Shown here: positions 53,601-64,000 of the stretch, piece after piece
Numbering within the stretch: position 1 is the first letter of the stretch
Layout: each line of letters opens with the position of its first letter
Translations under genes and position numbers: made by a program
The notes under the pieces: model-generated
What the model saw: only the letters and a program-made list of their open reading frames with translations
The model's database searches: none
Told to the model about the DNA's origin: nothing
Source of the DNA: Cenococcum geophilum
Taxonomy: Eukaryota
Assembly: GCA_050273025.1 (NCBI GenBank)
Contig: CP158635.1
Span: 2,480,001-2,544,000, forward strand
DNA length: 64,000 nucleotides
Reading direction: 5' to 3'

Positions 53601-55333
53601 TAGCAGTAGCAATAGGAGCCTCTTCTTCTATCTTAACGTTATTATTAATGGTATTATTAGCTTCTCCATCCCTAAAAGCATTAGCACTTCTACTAATATT
53701 CTTCTTAGAATAATAGGTACTAAAAGGACTAGTATAGGCGGGAGACTAGTAAGGAGAACGTTTATTTTAACGTTTATTACTATCTTTAGTATCCTTAGGT
53801 TCTAAATTAGCGTCTAAGTAAGAATTAGAGAGACGTTAGCTAAAGGAGTTAGTATAATTCCTAAGTAAGTTACTAGAGAAACTTACCTAGCTAGAGTAGC
53901 CCGCGTAAGAATACGAATATTATTATTAATAAGGACGAGCTGTTTGTATATACGCTCCTAGATACTATATATCTAAGATTATTACGTCTCCATAGTAGTA
54001 GAAACCCTTATTAAATTAAAGAGTTTATAAGTAAGGGAAGACACCTTCTATCCCCGCTTATTACTATTAGAATACTAGCGGAAATCTTAGATAGCGCGTT
54101 AGAGCCTATAAGTCTCATACGTATAGACAGCGGGGATTTAGTATAATTAGCGAAATCTAGAATAGGACGGAATGGGAAATACTAGGATATAAGTCTTTCT
54201 CCTACTGCAATAATAGGAGCACTTAGATTTATTTTCGCTAAAGCAAGGCATTTTATAGACGTGGGAAGGATCCTGCGTAAGAGCATAAATATAGTAATGA
54301 CAGCATTTTAGGGAAACTGCTATAGGAGTAATAGACGCTGTTTAGTGCGTTACCGGGAAAGGAACAACACTGCCGCCAGTCTGGAGACGCGTAGAAGGAC
54401 TATAAGCTATTATAAGAGAATACTCTAAGAAGTTAGTATTATTATAAGAGATGAGGTGGGGATCCTATTGCTTATAAACGCGTTAAAAAAGATAATAAGG
54501 CAGTAATAGAAGTATGGCTAAAGATATAGAAGCTAAAAGGCGAGATATAATAAAAATAGCCTATTTAAGAACAAGATAAATAGTATTATTAATAGAAGAA
54601 TAAGGGAGAGACAATAACTTATAAATAGAAAGAAATTAAAATAAAAGACGTTATTATTAAGGCCCATTTAGGTAAATGGGGTTGGTAGTTAGTTAACGCG
54701 TTACACTAGATAACCTCTAGATCCATTTATAACAAATTCCTAAAATTAGAGAGGTAAATCCCATCAAATTTTTATTACTATTATTAAACTCCTATTATAA
54801 AAGCACTATAAGGAGCTAGGGTAGGAAAAGAGTAGAGGAATAAAAGATAAAGTAAAGTTCCGCGCTAGTAAAGAGCTAGCAATAAGTCGCATTATAAAGT
54901 ACCTTTCTACTAAGGGTTTCCCTAGTAGTTTTAGCCGGAACTTTATAAAAGCTTAGTAGAGGTAAAGTCTTAAAGAACTAAGACTTTAGGAGGGGAGGTA
55001 ATTATAACGGAATCCCCCGGGAGGTACATATCCGATAAAATAGTAGGAGGTTTTATCTATATCCTATCTATATTTTAGAAGATATAGTTAAACAGGTTAA
55101 GGGCAAAAGGTTTTACTAGCGTCTTAAAAGGAATATATAGGAAGCTAGTTCCCCTCTAGAGAAGAACTAGCGATTAGTCTCTAAATAGAAGTAGTTAGAA
55201 GTATTTATCCTTTAATATATAAAAACTCATTCTACCTTTTACTTACCTTTGACGTACCTTTGACTTACCTTTTACTTACTGGTAATACTGTCGATTAGAT
55301 AATTATACGTTTTAGTTAAGCTAGCTTCTTATA
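47615..55333 (+). mobile_element. Full-length Gypsy chromovirus family E, 7.7 kb, RIP-inactivated
   Basis: 331-bp LTRs 47615-47945 and 55003-55333; TSD GAAGG/AAAGG; gag ATG 47994 with CYNCGKKGHISRFC ~49074; PR LIDSGA ~49274; RT Y.DD ~50297; IN ~51770-52600; chromodomain ~52855-53010; PPT ~54988-54998. Confidence 0.93.
53550..54410 (-). pseudogene. Antisense intron-containing Cys-rich accessory gene of element E
   Basis: deRIP MARGPSTRLQTGG...PKCCHCCIHALTQDPSHVCEMPCFSENKSKCSYCLQQEKDLCP; GTAAGT..CTAAC..TAG intron 53840-53886; 3' end approximate. Confidence 0.6.
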
Positions 55334-58300
55334 AAAGGCGCGTTGGCCTTAATCTAGTTATAGGTTTCCTAGGTTTATATTTTATATTCTTTTTACTTAA
55401 TAAGAAGTTTAAATTATTTAGATTATATTTTCTATTATATATTATTAATTAAGTTAATAAAGTAAGAACCGTTACCATTATTAATAATTATAGAAGGTAG
55501 CGGCGGCACTTTATAAGTTAAATGTTTACCTTTTAAAGGTTATAGTAAGCTTACGTAAAACGTTAGGTATATTTTTATCTTAGTTAGTAGTTTAAGCTTA
55601 TAGGCGTATAGGCTTAGTTTCTTCTTAATTTAGTATAGGCCTATAAACTTCTAATTAAGTTTCTTTAAGGGCCGTTAAGTCTTTAGGTTTTATATATTTA
55701 GGTAAACTATATTACCTTCCTTAAAGTCCTATACAGGAGCTCGTCCTTTATTTATATGCCATTTCTATACTATTTAAGCATACGTTAATTTACTTTGTAG
55801 TAGTTCCGTTAACTACTTTATTAGTAAAGTTATACGCGTTAATTAACTAAATCCGTTTAATTATAGGTCTTATTATATTAATTTTAGGTTATACTTTAAA
55901 TCTAAGTTAAGGGTTTTGTCCGTAGGTTGCGTAGAAAAGCGTTACGTCTATTAATACGTTTATTGTATTATTCGCGGTAAACTTAGCTAAGGGCAGCCAT
56001 TTTTTCTAGTTGTCTTATAGGTAGGAGTAGTATATTTATAGGTATTATTCTATAATCGTGTTTATAATTTTAGTTTAACTATCTATCTCCGGATAAAATA
56101 TAGTTAAGAGTTATATTTAAATACTTAATTATTTATACAGAGCTTATTAGAAGTCTAAAATAAACTAGCTTCTATAATTAGATATTATTAAGTTAGAAAG
56201 TCTATATAGCTTAAAGATGTACTTAATAAAATATTCGGCTACTAATATTGCATTAATTAAGTCTATAGGGATTATATATCGCATTTTTATAAGACGGTTA
56301 ATAACTACTATAATGTTTATAAACCTATTACTACTAGGCAAGTTAACTATAAAGTTAATTAAGATATCGCGCCATCTTTGTATTTGAATTAGTAGCAGTT
56401 AAAGTACTTCTTACTTTTTTATATAAGAGGTCTTTCCACGCACGTATATTCTGTATACTTAAACGTATTTTTATACGTAGTTATATATTATAGGCTAGTA
56501 GTATACTTATTAAACAATCTTATAAGTCTTTATATAGCTAGGATATCCTACTATTAGGGAGTTGTGTATAAATCTAAGTATCTTAAATCGTAAAGGTTTG
56601 GAATTTGGAACTACTATCTTCTATTAATAATACAATCGGTTATTTTAATTTTCGTATTTAGCAAGTGTAATATTCTTATATTATTATTTTCCTATTTAAA
56701 TTGCTTTTATTATATCTATTATCTATATATTATTCTTATATTTGTATTCTATTAGCTTATTACTTCCTATTTCCTATTTATTAACTTCTAATTTATTTTT
56801 ATTAAGCTCTACGTCTAAGAATATAGGGCGTAGTTTCTTAAAGCGTTTAAGGGGCAGCAGAATTTATAATTAATTTATAATCCGTTCGTTAGAGGCGTTT
56901 ATAAATAAATCCTATAATTATTATATTAATAAGTTAGGCTTCTAATTAAGTTTGCTAGGTTAGTATATAACCTTAAAGTTAAATTATAAGAGATATTTGG
57001 CCTAACAAATTTAACGTTATATTAATTACTTTATAGTTATAAAGTACTATAGGTTTTTATAGTCCGTTAATACGCGTATTAAGAATAATAATTCTTTAAG
57101 TTTTAAACGCCATTATTTAAAGTATCTAATAATTATAAGCAGTTCCTTATTATATATCTTATAGTTTAATTTAGTAGGAGTAAGTTTCTAGAAGAGAAAG
57201 GCTACTAGGCGCAGCTTGCCGTTATTATTATATTATAATAACACTCCTCTTAGTATATAATTAGACAAGTTTTTTTAATAATATATTTATAGTCTAGATT
57301 AAAGTAAATAAAAATTAAAGCAGTTATAAAATAATATTTTAGGTTATTAAAAGCTTATTTATATTTAGTAGTCTATTTAAATCTTATATTCTTCCTTATT
57401 AAGTTTACTAATAGCTAAATAATTTTTAAGAAGTAATTAATAAATTAATAATAAAAATTTGCAAATCCTAAAAATTCTTAAATATCTTATATACTACTAG
57501 AACTTTCCTAGTTTATAATTATAGCGATTTTTTTAGGGTCTATTTTAATTCTATTACGGGATATAATTAGGCCTAAGTATATAACTTTAGATATATAGAA
57601 CTTATATTTCTTAATATCGCATTATAAGCCTATGTCTTATAGGTATTTAAGGACTATTTAAACGTGCTTTTAATGCTTAGAAAGTAAAAATAAATAAATT
57701 AAGATATTATTAATATACGTGGTAATAAATATATTAAGGAATTCTTAAAGTGTATTATTAATATATTGCTAAAATATACTAAGACCGTTCTTTATACTAA
57801 ACAGCATTACTAGGTATTTAAAAAGTCCCTATTATATACGGAAAGCTATATATTTCTTATCTCCTTTATAAATACGGATTTAATTAAAGGTAGCGACTAT
57901 ATTAAGCTTCGTAAAGTATTATACTTTTACTAAATAATTAAGCGTTTCTTAAAGTAAAGAAATTAGATATTAGTTTTAAATTATAATTATCTTTAGGGCT
58001 TAATAATTAATATAGAACCTTAAGCCTTCTTTAGGTTTCTTAATATATGGTATAAATAGGGTAAATAGTAATTACCTAGGGTGAATAAATTCTTTTCCTA
58101 GGTGCTTTTTAAGATATTATTATATTATAAGCAGCTCTTCTTGCGATATCCCATATAATAGGCCGAACTTTAGCGTTATACTAGGTTTAAGTTCTATTTT
58201 AAAATTATACTTATCTTAATATAGAGGTAATTAGTTAGTAAATTATTTCTTAAATATATTAATTAGATTGTAATATTCTTTAGGTATAAGAGGTTAGGGG

Positions 58301-59226
58301 TTAATATATTGCTTTAGTTCTAATACCTTCTTAATATCTTCTAGTATTATAGTAAAGATCTTATAGTCTTATATTATATAAAATTTAAGGGGTTTTAATA
58401 TATTATCTTTGCATTCTTTACCGCGATTAGTAGTTATAACTTTATTATATTAGTTTAAGGTTTATAGTAAGGGTAATTTATATTATATTAAATTTAAATA
58501 GTTATATATATATTTATAGGGCAAGTAGTATTTTAAGTAATAACTTTAGTAGTAGGTTATACGGAATTTTAGTATTTTTTTAACCTAGCTAATTAAAGGG
58601 TTATGTTGTTTTTAGCTATCTATATCTAAGTATTACCTTATAATACTTTAAGGGTATTATAAATAGGGAAATATATTTAAAGTATTTACCTATCTACATC
58701 TTTATAAGAGCGTAGTGCGTTAGTTTACTATATATTAAAGGCTTACTATTAAATCCTCATAGGCCTTAAGGCTTATTAAGTTTTTTTAAATTTAAGCGTT
58801 AAGTTTTTGCGTAGTTTATATTAATAAAGCCTATACTAGTAGCTCCGCTATCTATAAGGATTTATACTTCCTTCCATTTTCTAAGTATTTAAATTTCGCT
58901 AAGTATATTAAGGGAGTTATATTATATATTAGCGCTAAAAGAGCCTTGACACTTATACTCTTCCACTTTTTATCTTAAGGCGTAACTTAGCCTTAAGATA
59001 ATTTATAGAATAAGTGCGACTTAAGGACTAAGAGGAGCTACGGCGGACCTTTTTAAATAGGTAAGTTTAGCAATCCCTTTAAATATATCCCTTTTTTCCA
59101 TATTTAAAATATTCTCTATTTACGGCTTATATTCTTTATTTATTAGTTCCTAAAAGTATATAGGATTAAGTAGCATTAAGGTCCATAGGGTTATATATAA
59201 GGCTTTTTAGTTTTAGAGATAGATTG

Positions 59227-59370
59227 TGTTATGCCTAAGCCCAACCCACTCGGCCATACAAACCACCAAAAAGGTAGCAGCAGTGTCTCGCGACTGGACG
59301 GGCTGCCGGTTGGAATGCCTTATAAGCTCTCCAGCCCATACCGCAGGTATGGGTAGCGCATCGCATGACA
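59227..59370. repeat. 144-bp solo LTR, essentially unRIPed
   Basis: tgttatgc...gcatgaca inverted termini with perfect 5-bp TSD GATTG (59222-59226, 59371-59375). Confidence 0.9.
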
Positions 59371-60196
59371 GATTGCGCTTTAGGGTATATACTAGTTTTA
59401 TAAAGTTTTAAATATAAGATATAGTTAGCTTTAGGGAATAAGTCTATTTATTATATTAAAGGTCCTTATTAATTTATTAATATATTATAGTAAATTTAGG
59501 TAAGTTCTTTAGCAGTTTTTTACCTACTAACTATAATCTAATTTTATCTAAAATAGCTTAACGGAGAGTAGTAACTCTAGCGGCTTTATTCTAATTTAGT
59601 TTACTAATAAGGCCTAAAAATTCTAAAAAGAAGCTAGTAAAGTCTTAGTTCCGTTATTATAGGTTTTTAAGTTTAGTAATAGCTATATATTTACGGCTAG
59701 GGTTATTATATATTTATTTTAATAAAGAAATAAATTTTTTAAAATTAATAAAGGTGCTATTATAGAAGAATAAGTCCATAGTTTATATAGCATTTTTGCT
59801 TAAATAAAACATTCCATAGCTAATCTTGCTAGCTTTAATAGGGTATTAGTTATAGTTTATTAAAAGTTTAAGACAGAGCTTAGTTATAAAGGGACGTAGG
59901 TTATTTTAATTTCTATTAAATATTAGAGGGTTAAGGAGCTTTTTAGATTTTGCGGTAAGTACTAGATTCGTTATAGGTACGGATTAAGCTACTATTACTA
60001 GTTTAGGGTTTATATTTAATAGGCTAAGTTTATATACAGTTATTTTAATTTTAATTATAGGTATTGCTATTAGGGTCTCTAATATAAGTGCTTTAAGGTT
60101 ATGGAGTTCTTTGTGGATTGCTCCCATTAATTACTAGTACAAAGCTTCTAATATCGCTCGCTATTAGGCTAAAGCATCTATAAAGGACTATTATAT

Positions 60197-61943
60197 TAAG
60201 CTCGGACCCCCGGAACTTGGTCGCCTCCCAAACTCGGTCACTATACCAAAATTAACTTACTTATTTTCTCTACAACGAGTTAATTAATATAGACCAAAAT
60301 TAGTAGAACTTATAAACGACTATTATAGATTCCAAATCTGGTGTTTATAAGCCTGCGCGAAAAGCCGTGCTTGCATATAGTGTCCCTTTGTCAATTTTAA
60401 GCGATTAATTAAATAGCAAGCTATTAACCCGATTTATATATATAATTAACTTCTATATAGGAGGTCTTGTTTATAAATTGAATACTTAAATAGGACCTAT
60501 AAAGATTTACTCCCTTATATTTATAATTCTAAAAAAATAGTAGCTTAAATATTTAGTTAAAATAGTAATACTAAGCCCTTTAGTAAAATATAGGTAATTA
60601 GCCATTTTAACCAAAATTTTATTATTAAATATTAAACTATATAGTTAATAGAAAAGATATAGATTAATAGGGCATAATTAAAGCAAATTTAAAGGTTTTA
60701 TAATCTTTATAAGAGGGGTAAAAGGGAAGGCTAATATAAAGGTAAAAAAACCTATAATATAGATGAATTTAAAGTAATATTATATATTTATATAAACCTA
60801 ATTACTATAAGAGGTGCCTATATAAAGGAGGCTTTTATATAGTTACTAAATAACTATAAATATATGTCTATTACAGGGGTAATATTTACCCCTAGTTAAT
60901 TAATTTTTATTATTACTAATATAGCTACACTAAGCTAAAATGCCTTATTAGATATATATAGCCTTAGGAAATAATTACCTAATTAATTTTATTATATTTA
61001 GGTTATTTATTAAACTTTTTTTAACTTAAAACCAAATTATTTAGTAATAAACCCTAATTATTTTTACTTAATAGCTATATAAGCTATTATATAATTAAGT
61101 TTTTATTAAAATATAAATTAATTAATATATGACTTGTTTTTTTACTACTTTATTTAATATAGTAACCTTTAAATATATAATATTTCTCCTTTATTAAATA
61201 AAAATATTAGGAGTAGATTATAAAGCTTATATTTCTTAATAATATAGCTTTAATTAAGAAGTACTACTTTATTAAGTATTACTATAAGACTTAAAGGGAA
61301 GGTCTTATGGCAAAGATAATTAAATTTAGATAGTATATCTTTAGTAGTTATCTATAAAATCTATATAATAGCTTATTTTTTTTAAGTTAAAAATAAAGCT
61401 TTAATAGAGGTTCTAAGCCTTAAATAGGCTAGTAATAATTAGGTTAACATTATAGTTACCATAAAGAAGCTTTATAATAGATATTAAATAGATTAAGGCC
61501 TTTATAATAGATATACACTTAATTAAAGATTTAGTTATTTTTATAAAAAGTAAATCAATAACTTCAGCGGCTTATTATAAAGGCTATATATATAGACCTT
61601 TAAATATATAGCCTATAATTATAACTTAAAGACCTTAAAAGCGTAAAAATCTATAGGTAAGTACCTGTAGATCTAAATATAGACTCTAAATATAGAGATG
61701 GAATTAAGGAAGCTATAGAGGAGGTAGAGGAGAAATAGGCTAAAATAAAGGCAAAGGAGCCAAAATCAAAGCCTTATAAGGTGTTAGCTAGAAAGAGCGA
61801 AGTCAATATATTAAATAGCATATAGGGGTAAATAGTTAATTTGATTTAGTTGGGTGTAGATAGCTTCCAAAGTGTTGCAACCGATTTTGGTGGGGTAACC
61901 GAGTTCGGGCGGTAACCGAGTTCCGGGGGTCCGAGCTTATGGT
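60197..61943 (+). mobile_element. Old Fot1/pogo-like DNA transposon, heavily RIPed
   Basis: TIRs taagctcggacccccggaact / agttccgggggtccgagctta; deRIP RKAALAYGVPLSTLSDRL (~60357-60412), PLGK.W (~60575), YNMDE (~60753); exact ends uncertain. Confidence 0.8.
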
Positions 61944-62258
61944 TAACTATTATAAAAATTAATTTACTGTTTAATAAGTTAGATTTAAAATTCTTATTAT
62001 TATCAAGCTATAAGTATTTTTTAAAAAAAAAAATTTGACGTACTTCGGTGTTTTTTTGGTGTTTTTAGCCGTGCGTTGAGTGGGAACGTGCACGGCGGGG
62101 GGCAAAACTTTAAACTCCGATTGTTTTGTTTTGAAACGACTTCAATCGCGTCTCTGCAAGGAACTTCTACAAAAGCCCCAAACCTTCCCTTGATAATACA
62201 ATCGAGTGCCGACCGCGAATACGCCAATTGCTGGTGATAAAATACGACGATATCATTG

Positions 62259-63052
62259 ATGGATTTCAACGCTGCAACGCATGTCATGGATGGGCAACCA
62301 GAGCCCACAAATGCGGAATTAGTCGAACAGTTTCAAGAGGTTATCGAACTCCAGGAGAAGCTGAGCAGAGAATTTACCACACATTTCATCGCAACGTATA
62401 ATGATACCATTATTATTATTATTGTGGTTAGCAGCGCTAATAGCAGCCTAGGACTCGGAACATCGATGCTCTCATTTACAACAGTCGATTAGGTGAAACC
62501 GATCGCATTCTCGAGATTGTAGACGACTTCACTGGTACACACTTTGGTAATTTCCCTGCAAGGCTGAAGGATATCCGAGCGTGGAATGGTAAGAATAGTG
62601 GCTATATCTTTCTAGATTTAGACGAGTGCTAATTGCTAGAAGGCGTCGAGATTCACGACTTTATGATCTTTCTACGATGCCCTAATCCATTACCAAGGAC
62701 AGATACATGCGAGGGAGAGACAAAGGAGCAGGCAATAGAGCAGATCAAGAAGAAGCTTGGCTTACCCCCCGCCGAGCCTCCAAAAGTAGCTAAGACCCTG
62801 CCAGCCGACCATGTCAGTAATATCTCGTTCTGTCCTCTTCTTAAAGCTGATACCTTCCTATCAGATGGATAAGACCGTCTATAACATGGCTTCTGGTAAT
62901 ATAGTAGGTTCGCCCTTCAATCTATCTATTTGATTTATCTACTTACACACATTTAGAAGTCAAGCAAACGAGCTAAGACTAGACCGTCCGGGCCCACAGG
63001 TATATCCTCTAGCCGCATTGCCAAGTCTGCCTCAAAACAGAGAGGAAAGTGA
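62259..63052 (+). CDS. Intact five-exon hypothetical protein, 193 aa; exons 62259-62395, 62452-62588, 62640-62812, 62865-62903, 62957-63052
   Basis: Four GT-AG introns of 56, 51, 52 and 53 nt with CTAAT/CTGAT/CTTAC-type branch sites; splicing gives an uninterrupted ATG-to-TGA frame. Confidence 0.85.
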
Positions 63053-64000
63053 ACTTCTTCGAAGACATGGTGGAAACTCGTAATGCTAGTGCAGGTGTGG
63101 ATGCTAGAGGCGGTGTGGCATGCGTTATAACGGAATAATTCTTGGGGCGTCTTGTTTGTTGAACAAGGAGTGGTGAAGCCGTGAGGGGTGGTTATCTTTG
63201 TGTGTAGGAAATACAATTAGGTTGTTAAACTGCGCCTAGCTTAGATGTAATGATCTCGAGTCTGAACACGATAGCTCTTTAAATGCTAAGGTCGATGAGT
63301 CTAATGCTGAAGTCTTATCAACGCCGAGGTCGACTCACGACATTTGGGGCCGTCATTATAGCCAGTCGATAATATTCTATATTTCGGAGATTTCGATTGG
63401 CCCCGGCACTTTTAAACGAGATCTTCTCTATGAAACTACTTTGTCGGAAGCCCGATACTAAAATCTTTATAGCATTATATATTTTTTGGCTTAAGGGTTA
63501 GCGTTCTATATATAGCCTATATACTTAACCTTACTGAAGGCCTCTAGGATCGGAGAGACTATATACTATAGGTAAGTGCCTCCGGCACGTGACTGATGAC
63601 TATTTAAGGTGTCCCAAGGGCATTTTAAGGTAATAGCAATAATATCCCTTATATTCCCTCCCCTGTTTTTTATAGTCGGCCCCTAACTACTATTACCTTA
63701 TAGTAGAGGAAGATTATTTAAAGCTTGTCTTAGAAGGGGTTTAGAGAGCTATTAGCCTACTGCTATATATATTTTTAACTATCTAACCCCTATTTTAAAC
63801 TCCTAAAAAAAGCTTAGTAAAGAAAAACATAACTAAAGAAAATTACTACAATATATATTAGACGCCTACTAGAAATATACCGGTAACTATCTAGGTTAAC
63901 TTAAGGATTTTTATATAACTGTATATTTAAGGCTTTACGCTACTCTATAATTAATTAAATAATTTAATAGTTCTAGAATAGTTCTATAGAACCTTTAGTA

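Larger units (their letters stand above)
46873..60196 (-). mobile_element. Gypsy chromovirus family D, interrupted by element E, a solo LTR and a Fot1-like element
   Basis: 3' LTR 46873-47156 (tgtaaggg...cccgttata); PPT 47160-47170; chromodomain rejoins across E (TWETYDQIKANAP/SLVKEFHKNY); IN ~55700-56600; RT ~57450-58230; PR IDSGA ~58840; gag to ~60190. Confidence 0.88.

Noticed and set aside
59226..59411. 61-aa ORF
   Set aside because: Coincides with a TSD-flanked solo LTR and has a non-ATG start
62069..62112. Hairpin ccgtgcgtt..aacgtgcacgg and cacggcggggggcaaaa upstream of the intact gene, as a possible transposon end
   Set aside because: No partner inverted repeat or TSD found in the window
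62021..63216. Minus-strand ORFs 62021-62308 and 62953-63216
   Set aside because: Overlap the better supported spliced plus-strand gene; no splice or motif support
63460..64000. RIPed AT-rich sequence at the window end
   Set aside because: Probably TE-derived, but no motif or terminus I can assign

Overview
AT-rich block from a filamentous ascomycete genome, heavily mutated by RIP (repeat-induced point mutation). The sequence shows a large TpA excess, CpA/TpG depletion and in-frame stops throughout the TE genes. About 95% of the window is nested dead transposons. Three copies of a ~7.9 kb Pyret-like WCCH chromoviral Ty3/Gypsy element lie at <1-7943 (+), 14244-22078 (-) and 27577-35478 (-). 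At least four other Gypsy families, Tad1-like LINE fragments, two Fot1/pogo DNA transposons, a fold-back MITE and solo LTRs are also present. Gene relics include a two-gene MULE-like DNA transposon and a RecQ-like helicase. The only apparently intact gene is a five-exon, 193-aa orphan (62259-63052 +) in a ~1.4 kb RIP-free island. At least two Gypsy families appear to carry antisense, intron-containing, Cys-rich genes between pol and the 3' LTR. Protein motifs in RIPed regions were read by eye after reversing C>T/G>A changes, so they are reconstructions.
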